The notes under the pieces are model-generated. The model had not been told where the DNA came from. It made no database searches and saw only the letters and a list, made by a program, of their open reading frames with translations. The translations under genes were made by a program, and so were the position numbers. A stretch of DNA of 64,000 nt from an uncultured delta proteobacterium (GTDB lineage: Bacteria > Desulfobacterota > Binatia > UBA9968), in contig CAVUVW010000021.1 in the NCBI GenBank assembly GCA_963745035.1, positions 160,001 to 224,000 on the forward strand, given 5' to 3'. The first letter of the stretch is position 1; each line of letters begins with the position of its first letter. Below, piece by piece: positions 51,624 through 61,341 of this stretch.

Positions 51624-53294
51624 TCAATCAGGCGCCCGCTTTAATACGTATACACTGTAGTCTAATGCTCTTAATGGAATAGACCAGGTATACCTGTGAA
51701 GTACTTCATAACCTGAAATAGGTGAAGTCGCGATCACATAGGGTTTCTTCTCGTTGGTTGTCACGAAAGGAACGTCTCTATCGGGCATGTTTCCAGGTGC
51801 TAGATTTTCCGGATGAGCATACAGGTACCAGCCATTGAGGGCGTACCCTGCGTCGATTTCTGAAAAATTGATGCCTCGATGGCGAAGCCAGCTTAGCCCA
51901 GCAGCCGCTGCGCGATTGTTTTGAGTTTCACTCCAGGTCACGAGCATGGAAATGAGAGAGAGAAGCACGATAGCAACAATCGTTGTCTTCGACGTAAGTT
52001 GGCTATTCGCGAGTATCACGATGAGCGGCGGCAATAACACGATGAAGTATCGATCAGAGCCCCAAGCATCAAAGAGCCAAACAGCCATGATCAGTACAAA
52101 TTGACCGAACGCGTACCAAACAAAGAGGCGCAATGGTTTTTCGATAGCGACTGCGTCAATCAATTTCATGATAATTCCTGTTGAGGAAAAGAGAGAAAAC
52201 GCCAACAGGGGATAGTTTAGCCAGGAAGCGAGGAAATCGGGATCTGGAAGCCCGCGTAAAAGGCGTCGCTCTTTGCCAAGCGAGATCAGATTCCACATCC
52301 CGTCTAATGGTTTCGGGATTTCAGGCGTCAACAAAACCGAGCAGGCTGTCAAAAGCAGCAACACGGCGATCACGATCCAAAACCGAATTCGCCGGTAAAA
52401 TAAGGGAATAAGAGGCAGGCTCATAGGGAAGAGCGCAAGACCAGCGTGCATAATGACGCGCAGTAAACCAGGGATGCTTAGTTCGTATTGATGGATCCAT
52501 TTGGCAAATACCCACTCCCTGGTAGTATACTGACTGGTCAAGCCAGCGGTTTGAGCAATGAAAAGGGGGACGAGACAGATAAACAGTGAAGCAGTGATCG
52601 GAGGTAAGAGATATCTTCGGGTCCTAAAAGATGGCGTGAAGATGGCGTAAACGAGCACGGCCCCGGGTATGGCAATGGCAATCTGTCGTATGAAAAAGCC
52701 AACTATTCCAAAGGCACAGCCTAACCATAGGTCCAATGGCTTCCTTTTCGAGAATGCGCGCACAATGAAAAAAAATGCGATGTTGGAAACGCTGACGAAC
52801 GGAACATCCGTCATGAAGGAAAAGCTGAGAAGAAAGAATACGGGATTGGCAATAAGGACGAGAGTTGCGATAAGACTCTCGGTGCGCGCGCGTCCCAGCT
52901 CGCGTAGCGTGCTGTAGAGCGCTAGGGCCCCAAGCCAAGCGAGCATTACGGTGGAGACTCTTAGCGCCGAAAATGAAAGCCCGAAAGGTAAACAAAACAG
53001 AGCGCCCCAGAGAATTTGGGCAAAAGGATAGTGAATGGACCAGTCAAGAACTGCTAATTTGCCGGTTTTTAGAAAGTGTTCAACGCTCCAGGCGTAAGTC
53101 CAATCGTCATGTAGGGGCACATCGGCAAACAGGTGCAGGGAGATGGCGATCAAGAAGTAGACGAGAAGTAGGATCGCACCAGGAGACGCTCTCTCCAACG
53201 CGGATACTAATAAGGTGCTCCAAGATCGAATAGCACGTTGGCCGTAAGCGGCGTCAAATAGTTCGTCAGGCTTGTTAGGGTCAGTATTATCCAT
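51624..53294 (-). CDS. GT39/ArnT-like membrane glycosyltransferase
   Basis: DDWTYAWSV, SFSFMTDVPF, IRQ and DRY motifs; many TM segments. Confidence 0.82.
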   Translation of the reverse strand: MDNTDPNKPDELFDAAYGQRAIRSWSTLLVSALERASPGAILLLVYFLIAISLHLFADVPLHDDWTYAWSVEHFLKTGKLAVLDWSIHYPFAQILWGALFCLPFGLSFSALRVSTVMLAWLGALALYSTLRELGRARTESLIATLVLIANPVFFLLSFSFMTDVPFVSVSNIAFFFIVRAFSKRKPLDLWLGCAFGIVGFFIRQIAIAIPGAVLVYAIFTPSFRTRRYLLPPITASLFICLVPLFIAQTAGLTSQYTTREWVFAKWIHQYELSIPGLLRVIMHAGLALFPMSLPLIPLFYRRIRFWIVIAVLLLLTACSVLLTPEIPKPLDGMWNLISLGKERRLLRGLPDPDFLASWLNYPLLAFSLFSSTGIIMKLIDAVAIEKPLRLFVWYAFGQFVLIMAVWLFDAWGSDRYFIVLLPPLIVILANSQLTSKTTIVAIVLLSLISMLVTWSETQNNRAAAAGLSWLRHRGINFSEIDAGYALNGWYLYAHPENLAPGNMPDRDVPFVTTNEKKPYVIATSPISGYEVLHRYTWSIPLRALDYSVYVLKRAPD

Positions 53295-53332
53295 CGAGAT
53301 CCGGCATTGCCTCGCAGTACTCTGCTTGCGAC

Positions 53333-53780
53333 CTATAGGTACACAGTCTGGGTCTGGGTCCGTTGCTCCTCGTGCAGTACATATGGCCCGCCGCAAGCAA
53401 AACGATTCTTTAGAGAGTTGATTGGGTTTTCAAGTAATTGCCATGAGAGCGCGGCTATTACTACTGTGGTTCCAACAAGCAGGCCGAACTGCAGCAGTAG
53501 CGACAGACGGGAAAAATCGACGTCTATCGCATAGAAAAGAATAGGGAGAAGAAGATATACGACCGGGTGGTAGACATAAATTCCGTAACTTATCTTGCCT
53601 GTGTACCGCACAGGTGAACTCGAGCATTTTGGCTCCAACACCGATAAATCACAATGAGGCACGATCGATCGCCCAAACAAACATCAGCGCCCAACGCACG
53701 GGTTCAATAAACCACGCATTTACCCTCACATTACCGACTTGGTCATAGTATTCTAGTGTTTGCAGGCCAAGAAGCGCGAT
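53333..53780 (-). pseudogene. OafA-family acyltransferase C-terminal remnant
   Basis: YTGKISYGIYVYH and ALSWQLLENPINSLK motifs; no N-terminal half found. Confidence 0.65.
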
Positions 53781-53986
53781 TAAGCGATCCTCGGCGGCTG
53801 AAAAAAATCGTGAACTATTACGGCGCTAACGGCGAATGCTCGCAGTCCATCAAGCTGGGGCATATTATAATCAGCTCGATCATGTCGAGTCTCGATCTGC
53901 ATCGTCAATGGATTAATCCGGAGCCTACGTAGGGCAGTCTAGCTTCCAATTCCACATTTCATTCTGTGGGGCTTTGTCGATTTCCT

Positions 53987-54675
53987 TCACCTCAACTTTG
54001 CTAAAGTACCTTTCTTGGTCGGCCGAATCACTTCGTAAATGACGTTTTGGCGGTCTGCCCAAGGCATTCTGGGACTCTTTCCCTGTTGAAGATGGATTCG
54101 GATCTCGCTAGGCACGGGCGACAGCTCGGTTGAAAGATGATTAATGAATTTTCCCAGGTCGTAGGTATGATTATAGAAATCACGCTCAAACTTCCCGTCC
54201 CGCTTGCGACCAGAAGAAAGAGGCTGAGGAGGTAGAAAAAATACAAGAATCAGTTTTTTTCTAGTGCAGGAATAAAGGTACTGAACTGCGGGGACGTAAT
54301 CCGGTAAATGCTCAAGCACGTGACGGCACACGACCGCGTCAAACTTGCGCCGCAATTTCTTTAAGTCATACAGTGACATTCCGCCGGAACCGATGAGCGT
54401 CAGCGGGAAACAGCTGGCGCGCTACCTGCAAAAGGTTTTCGGTTACATCAATTCCGAGATAGTCCAGATCGAGCCTTCTTTCGCGGATCATTTCAAACAT
54501 GACGCCATTACCACAGCCAACGTCGAGCACGGATGATAGACCTTCGAGCAAGCTCAGGACTCGCGCGCGGGATGGATGACTCTTTCCTTCCGGACCCGAC
54601 CGCAAGAAAATCTTGGCTGAGCTCGGGCGTCCAATGGCGCCAGTTTTCTTTCACTTTCAGGTTTTGCTTAGGCAT
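53987..54675 (-). CDS. Class I SAM-dependent methyltransferase (two frameshifts)
   Basis: VLDVGCGNG, YLGIDVT and FDAVVCRHVLEHL motifs. Confidence 0.75.
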
Positions 54676-54804
54676 TTTTCCTACCCTCTAGGGTTCAATA
54701 GAAAACGAGCGGCCGTTCCGTGGCGAAGGATACGGAGCACTTCAGTCGCGCGAGGTTTAAGCGGACAGCGGAGTCGCCTGATCAGAAAACGCTACGCGCG
54801 TTTC

Positions 54805-55672
54805 TCAAGTCGGTGAACCGCACTTTTGGAACAGTATATGCCCCCACAATGCCCGATCACGCCATTTCTCCATAAAACCGAGCTGTTCCATTCTGGCAAA
54901 GGTTGGGCCGAAGTCCTCCACAACGTGTTGCGGATGGCTCGGGTCTACCGCTGCGTGAATTCGCGCAAACAATAGTCCTCCCGGTTTCATGGCACGCCAA
55001 AGTCGCTGGACTACTTCTACTGGGTCGACCAGATGCTCGAACACGTCCATAGCCAGAATCATGTCGAAGCTAGACTCTGGCAGCAGGGGCGTATCTTTCA
55101 AATCCACAAAGCGCGCCGGAAGACGCCGTCGGTCAAAGCGCCAGCGTGCGAAATCAAGCAGCGTAGTGGAGATGTCCGCCAGCGTCGTGTCGATATCGGC
55201 GTGGGAGAATAACAGCCCTCCGGATCCCACACCGGAACCGAAGTCCAGGCAGCTGCGGACTCTGTGGGCGCGGGCGATCTGCAGGGCGACGACGTAGGCC
55301 AAGGGTCCGCTGTCGTCTCTCAGCGTATGCCAATTCATCAGGTCGTAGATGTGAGTCTTGGTTTCGTAGAAACTCTCGATGCTAGAGCGCTGCCGAGAGT
55401 CGACTGTTTCCTCCCACTCAGACTTCAATGTATCCACGGCCAAATCGCACGACTCGATCAATATCGGCGAGGTCCGAAACTTGATAATAGGCTGCTACTT
55501 CTTTTAGCAAGCTGGCGCGGAGGTCCGTCTCCTCGTTCCACAATAACGCTTTTGTCCATTCGGCGCGGTAAGGCTCCAACAACAATTCTTGCTGGCGTAC
55601 GCAATCTTCAGGACTCATTTGTCCTGCTTCTACACGTTGCCACAATTGGGCCATGCGGTCCGGTACCAGCAT
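54805..55672 (-). CDS. Class I SAM-dependent methyltransferase (frameshift near 55460)
   Basis: LDFGSGVG, FDMILAMDVFEHL and MKPGG motifs; GGAGG RBS at the start. Confidence 0.8.
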
Positions 55673-55730
55673 AAAGCCTCCGAATATTTCGCGTACCCTT
55701 GCACCCGCCGGCAAGAACGCGCGTTTATCA

Positions 55731-56945
55731 CTATCCCTTGTCGCCCATAGCAATCTCCAAAAGGCGATTTAACACCTTATCTGAGTCGAAATACGCTTCG
55801 GCGATATCTTGCGCGGCTTTCGCGTGCCGTTGATAGTTTGCTTCGACCTCGCGAATGCCAGCTTCAGCTTCATCAGATGTGCAGAAACCAATTACGCCTT
55901 CGCCGACCGGTAACACTTTGCTGAAGCCGGTATCTTGGACAACCACGGGACGACCGGCAGCGAGATAGCAGGCTGATCGACAACTGAACCAGCCCGATTT
56001 CCCAACGACATAGCCACCTTTGGCCACACTCCATTCCGCTTTCGACTGGTGAATATATCGACGATAAGTATAGAAGTCGGGACAAACTTCCGAAGCATCA
56101 ACAATCTTCCAACCTGATGATTCCAAGAGATCAAGAGGCGTTGAAACGGCAAAATCGCGTGAACTCTTCACTCTAGGTTTATAGAGGGCGACTTCAAGCG
56201 GGGTGGGGAAGACTTTCTGCGGCAATTCTATGAACTTCATGAATTCAGCATCTTTTTGCCCATAGCGCTTATTACGGTAAGTAAGCGAATCATAGCTTGT
56301 CCAATTCATGATGGTTGTAAATCGATTTCCGGTCACCGAGTCGTCGCGCCACTGATCGAGAACAATAGGATATTTTGTAGTATTCCACTTGTATTCTAGG
56401 TTTGGAATTTCATCGTTAGTACTCAAGCATTCACCAAGTGTAAAAAATACATCGTGCGCGTTTAAACGTTGCCTCATTATCTTTGAATCGGTGCCAGATT
56501 CCGCGCCTATTTGGCAGAATACAGGATCCGTGTCTACGTAAACTAATTTCTTTACCGTTCGATAATCCCACGGCTTTTCGAGAGTTCCGGATACATTGAT
56601 AAGCAGATCCGCCGTTTCGATGATCTCCTTTCGCTCTACGCTCGCAAGCCCAAACCATTCAGACTTCGGCGGAAACTGATAGGCCCATTTATGATCGAGG
56701 CCGAAAGCTGACAGAAGCTTACTGAGGTGCTCGACAGTTGGTCGCGGGTTCCAATCTGTCCAGTCACCTCCGGACGGACCATCCACGTCGTTGTAGGGCC
56801 AGCATCCCGAATCTTCTATGTAATAGACATCGTGTCCAAGTCGCTTCATGCCCAGTACGAAATTCAGGTAATCCCATGCGACGCCTCCTAGCAAACGCTG
56901 ATGGCCGATGAAACCCGTAACGATCACACGCAACGAAGAACTCAT
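55731..56945 (-). CDS. Uncharacterised GT-B-like glycosyltransferase family protein (paralog 3)
   Basis: GGVAW, LGHDVYYIEDSG, DTDP and GWFSCRSACYLAAGRPVVVQDTGF motifs. Confidence 0.7.
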   Translation of the reverse strand: MSSSLRVIVTGFIGHQRLLGGVAWDYLNFVLGMKRLGHDVYYIEDSGCWPYNDVDGPSGGDWTDWNPRPTVEHLSKLLSAFGLDHKWAYQFPPKSEWFGLASVERKEIIETADLLINVSGTLEKPWDYRTVKKLVYVDTDPVFCQIGAESGTDSKIMRQRLNAHDVFFTLGECLSTNDEIPNLEYKWNTTKYPIVLDQWRDDSVTGNRFTTIMNWTSYDSLTYRNKRYGQKDAEFMKFIELPQKVFPTPLEVALYKPRVKSSRDFAVSTPLDLLESSGWKIVDASEVCPDFYTYRRYIHQSKAEWSVAKGGYVVGKSGWFSCRSACYLAAGRPVVVQDTGFSKVLPVGEGVIGFCTSDEAEAGIREVEANYQRHAKAAQDIAEAYFDSDKVLNRLLEIAMGDKG

Positions 56946-57020
56946 TGTTCAAAATCGAGCCGCGGTGTCTTAGCGGCGCATGTGGCAAACTTCTATGGCG
57001 CTATACGTCTATGTTTGATT

Positions 57021-58232
57021 TTACAGACCGACAGTTTCAGTCAGACTGCCGAGAACCTTCTCCGCGGCGAAATACTCCTCGGCAATTTCACGGGCCGCGC
57101 GGCAATGTCGTTTATAATCACTCTGAATGAGGTCCATTGCGCTTAGAATGTCCTCCATACTCTGAAAAGCAAAAAGCCCGCGGTCCATTGGTAGGATGTT
57201 ACCGAAGGCGGTATCCTGGGTTACGACCGGCTTTCCCGCAGCTAGATAGCAAGCGCTTCGGTCACTGAACCATCCGCTCCGAAGACGAATGTTTTGGTCC
57301 TTCGCGACCGTAAACTCACCCCGTGAGCCGAGGATATATTCGCGATAAGGGCCGATGTCGAGTGATAACGAGATGCCATCGACGACTCTCCAGCCATAGG
57401 ACGTTAACTGCGGAATTACCTCTTCGTCGGTTTCATCTTCCCATGCCAAGGCCAGCTCGAACTCTTCTTTACTCCGTCGCGGCAGGTCGATGAATTTCAG
57501 AAACTCCACATGCTTACTCCAGGAGTACGTCTCGCCGTTCCATTCGATATCTTTGCCCGGTTGCCGCCACTTCGCTATCGTTGTGAAACAGGCCCGAACG
57601 TTAGCCTGATCGTTTAGCTCTGACGCTAAACGTGCTTCGGGTGTCCACCAATCAAGAACAATGGGCTGGCGCGTTGGGTGATAATGGAACCCAGTCAAGG
57701 GCACACTACAATCCGGCGCTCCGATGTTTTCGCCGTAGGTGAAATAATGCGTGTGAGCTTCGAGCAGGTCGATTGCTTTGCGATCACCGTGAGCGACCTC
57801 AATCTGGCGCGTGACGGGATCAGTCTCCAGATAAATACGCACAGGGACACGAGTATGCTCTTCGAGGAGCTGCGTAGAGCCGGTCAAATTAATTAACGCA
57901 TCGGCGCTTTCAAGCAAGCCCGACACCTGCGTCTTGGAGAGCCCAAAGACTCGTCCGTCAACCCGGGACTGGTAAGCCCACCGATCCTGCAGGCCGAACG
58001 AAGACATCAGCTTGGCTATGTAACTGACGGCGTACTGGCAGTTCCTGGCATAACTACATTCTGACTCATGGTCGTGCTTTTTTTGCAGGGGGTTATACGC
58101 CCAGCCTCCAGTATCCTCGATATAGTAAACGTCGTGCCCCAGCCGTCGAAAGCCTTCAAGAAAATGCAAGACCTGCCACGACACTCCTGCTAACGGCGTT
58201 CGTCCAAGTATGCCCATAACAACGAGTCGCAT
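57021..58232 (-). CDS. Uncharacterised GT-B-like glycosyltransferase family protein (paralog 2)
   Basis: AGVSW, LGHDVYYIEDTG, ETDP and GWFSDRSACYLAAGKPVVTQDT motifs. Confidence 0.7.
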   Translation of the reverse strand: MRLVVMGILGRTPLAGVSWQVLHFLEGFRRLGHDVYYIEDTGGWAYNPLQKKHDHESECSYARNCQYAVSYIAKLMSSFGLQDRWAYQSRVDGRVFGLSKTQVSGLLESADALINLTGSTQLLEEHTRVPVRIYLETDPVTRQIEVAHGDRKAIDLLEAHTHYFTYGENIGAPDCSVPLTGFHYHPTRQPIVLDWWTPEARLASELNDQANVRACFTTIAKWRQPGKDIEWNGETYSWSKHVEFLKFIDLPRRSKEEFELALAWEDETDEEVIPQLTSYGWRVVDGISLSLDIGPYREYILGSRGEFTVAKDQNIRLRSGWFSDRSACYLAAGKPVVTQDTAFGNILPMDRGLFAFQSMEDILSAMDLIQSDYKRHCRAAREIAEEYFAAEKVLGSLTETVGL

Positions 58233-58321
58233 ATTGCTGTTATTATCGACCTATGGATCTGTCCTTCAGCCGGTAGTGTGAGCTCTATCAACTACGCCCA
58301 GAGACGATTCCATGATTCAAC

Positions 58322-59461
58322 TTACGACAACGCCCGTTCTAGGAGAGCTCCGACAACTTTCCTTGCATCGAAGTACTCTTCCGCTAGAGCCCGGGCGAGC
58401 TTGCTCTGATTCTCGTAATCGACCACGACGTTCTCAACAAACTGAGCCGCTTGCTTTAGATCGCGGAACCGAAACAGTCCGGCGGAATCCGGCAGAAATC
58501 GACTCGAACCTGTATGTTGGACGACGGCTGGCTTACCGCTGGCCAAGTAGCAAAGTGTTCGGTTGCTGACCCAGGCATTTTCGAGTTTCAAACAAGCGGG
58601 TTTCGCGCAACTAAACTCACCGAAAGAGTCTTGAATGTAGCGCTGATAGTCCCATGGAGTCGCCGCAACTTCATGAGAGTCAACTACATGCCAGCCGCGG
58701 TCTTCGAGCATACACCGCTGCTCGTTTTCTGGCTTGAGGTCGAGAGCCAACTCTAGCGGATGACCTGTGAGACTTGGCATCTCCACGAAGGGTAGAAAGC
58801 CGCTCCGTTTGTCGTCCAAGTGTGCGTGTGCATCGTCCTCTAACCATCCGCCAGCATACCAGTGAGCCACGGTGGTAAACGGCGCTTTAGTTTTTGCCTC
58901 ATGCCGCGGCCACCAGTCGAGAGCCACGCATGGAGGCGTATAAATCCAATTCAATCCCAGATCAGGAATCCGTGTTCCCGACTGACCAACGGTCTCCCCG
59001 GTCGTAAAGTACACATCGTGCGGAGTCAGCCTTTTTCGTCCTTTGCTGATCCAGGCCTGCGATAAACCCGGGTCAATGTCTAACAAGGCTGACCTTGCGG
59101 AAGCGGTTTACGATATGCGGCGGAGTGTCATAGGGAAACTCTAATAAGAGATCCGCCTCTGCGGCGGCATCCAGGTCCAGACATCCCATGGCGGCTAAAT
59201 CCGGAGGCGGTGACGCCGTCAGTCGAGGAATAGAGGGCCAAGGAATTCACAAAACCATAGCGCTCTAAACGAAGTTTCAGGGCGGAAACATTGGCTCGCA
59301 GTTCGGCAGGTGAGAGAATTAGGGACTATAGCTTCGAGCCAGATTACTTTACAGCCGAATGCACGTAGCCCGAGGGCCCAATTCAAATACTCCCATAGAT
59401 GACCACCGCCCTCAGGGTACTCCAGCGTTCTTACCGGAGCGATACAGACCGTAATACCCAT
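58322..59461 (-). CDS. Uncharacterised GT-B-like glycosyltransferase family protein (paralog 1; frameshifts)
   Basis: GGGHLW, DIDP, FTTGE and WVSNRTLCYLASGKPAVVQHTG motifs. Confidence 0.65.
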
Positions 59462-59520
59462 GTGAGCTGCTTAACCCGAAGATGAGTCGCGCGTGATAGC
59501 ACCGAGGTGTCAGTGTTAGG

Positions 59521-61341
59521 TTACCCTCCAAATTTCTCTTCTCGAGACAAGGGGTACGTGTGAGGTGCCACGAAAACGGAGGGATCTCCTATGGCCTTTG
59601 AAACGTCGGACCGGATAAAGGCGATTTGGCCATGTTCAATGCCAAGGAGTAGATCGCAGTGTTTCAAGGTAGACAAGCGATGGGCGATGATAAAGACGGT
59701 GCGTCCAATGCTAAGATGCTCCATCACCTCGATAATTTCTCTTTCTGTTTTTATGTCGATGGAACTCGTCGGCTCATCCAGGATGAGAATGGGAGCATCC
59801 TTCAGAAAAGCCCGTGCGAGCGCAATCCGCTGACGCTGTCCGCCGGATAGCTGCATTCCACGTTCACCCACCATCGTACTATAGCCGTGCGGAAGCCGAG
59901 CTATAAACTCATGCGCTTTAGCGGCTTTTGCAGCCTCGACGATTTCATCTTGCGAGGCGCCCGGACGTGCATAGGCGATGTTTTCGCCGATGCTGGTCGA
60001 AAAAAGTATGGATTCTTGAAGGACAATGCCGAACTGATTGCGAAGCTCCGCTAGTTTGTAATCCCGGAGATTAACACTGTCGAGCAGGATTTGGCCTTGA
60101 GTCGGGTCATGGAACCTGGTCAACAAACTAACAAGCGTTGACTTCCCCCCGCCGGTCATACCCATGATACCGACTCGAGTGCCAGGCTTGATTGCGAACG
60201 AGATGTCACTCAACACCGGGCTCTCGCCGTTATAGGCAAAGCAAACGTTCTGGAAGGTTATCGCTCCGCTCGCATGAGATATCGGCACTCCATTTTTATT
60301 TTCAACGACGTCATGGGCTTCATCCAAAAGCGCGAATGCGCGCTCCGCACTGGCAAGTGAGCGTTGCGCACGTGCCGTCATCTCGCTCAGTGACGCCAAG
60401 GGTCCGAATAGCTGCGCCAAGTAGGACATGACCATCATCAATTCGCCCAGTGTTAAGCTCCCTGACTGCACATGTCGTATGCCCAAAAATAAGACTGCAG
60501 CTGTTCCGGCTGCCGTCGTAGTGCCAATCAGAAGATCGAAAGCCCCTTCTGACCATGCAGCCCGGACTCGTGCAGAAAAGCCCTCGTTAGAGTGACGAAC
60601 GAAACGCGCTTGTTCTCGCTCCTCTTGACCGAAGGCTTTAACCACGCGCAAGGCACTTAGGGCTTCCTGCACCACTGAAATAGCGGAACTTTCCACGTGC
60701 ATAATATCGGTCCACTGGTTGCGAAGCCGCGAATTAAACGTGCGCGCGCCAAGGTATAAAACTGGTGTAACTGCGATCGCAATCAGCGCCAACTGCGAGT
60801 CGAGCAGGGCGACAATGTAAATCATCCCGGCGACAGTCAATGCTGAAGCGACAAAAGGTATCAAACCATCGACAGCGATCCACTGAATCGCAGGAGCATC
60901 ATACTGGATGCGATAGGTGGAATCAGTTGTACCTCTCGTATCGTGATATGAGACCGAAAGCCGCTGGACGTGGCGAAACAGTTTGTTTCGAAACGCCAAT
61001 GTTAACTTTTCACCCGTATAGGTGCGCAACAAGTTACTTGCGACGCGTTGAAGCCCACTGAGAAGGGCGACGAGTATCGTTAGAGTCACGACGAACATCA
61101 CCATGCCATTAGGGGAGCCGGTGACAGCCTCGGGTACCAACTGGTGTAGAAACGCTGGTATCGGCTGCGAGCCAAGGACGCTATCGACCGCAATTTTCAA
61201 AGGCAATGGGATCAGCAGAGCGAGGGGGGGCGATAACAGGGTTATCAGCAGAATCCCGCCTATATGCGTGTAATAAGGCCTTACTTCAAGTAAGAGCCGA
61301 CGGTAAAGCTCAAAACTACTGTATCTCTTTTTGCTTATCAT
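59521..61341 (-). CDS. Fused ABC exporter (MsbA/NdvA-like)
   Basis: TM domain; GMTGGGKST, LSGGQRQR and LDEPTS motifs. Confidence 0.92.
   Translation of the reverse strand: MISKKRYSSFELYRRLLLEVRPYYTHIGGILLITLLSPPLALLIPLPLKIAVDSVLGSQPIPAFLHQLVPEAVTGSPNGMVMFVVTLTILVALLSGLQRVASNLLRTYTGEKLTLAFRNKLFRHVQRLSVSYHDTRGTTDSTYRIQYDAPAIQWIAVDGLIPFVASALTVAGMIYIVALLDSQLALIAIAVTPVLYLGARTFNSRLRNQWTDIMHVESSAISVVQEALSALRVVKAFGQEEREQARFVRHSNEGFSARVRAAWSEGAFDLLIGTTTAAGTAAVLFLGIRHVQSGSLTLGELMMVMSYLAQLFGPLASLSEMTARAQRSLASAERAFALLDEAHDVVENKNGVPISHASGAITFQNVCFAYNGESPVLSDISFAIKPGTRVGIMGMTGGGKSTLVSLLTRFHDPTQGQILLDSVNLRDYKLAELRNQFGIVLQESILFSTSIGENIAYARPGASQDEIVEAAKAAKAHEFIARLPHGYSTMVGERGMQLSGGQRQRIALARAFLKDAPILILDEPTSSIDIKTEREIIEVMEHLSIGRTVFIIAHRLSTLKHCDLLLGIEHGQIAFIRSDVSKAIGDPSVFVAPHTYPLSREEKFGG

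Noticed and set aside
53853-53933. Two AGCT sites 20 bp apart and palindromes GGATTAATCC/CCTACGTAGG as a second DndB array
   Set aside because: Only two boxes, off the 21-22 bp period, in an unreliable stretch of sequence.
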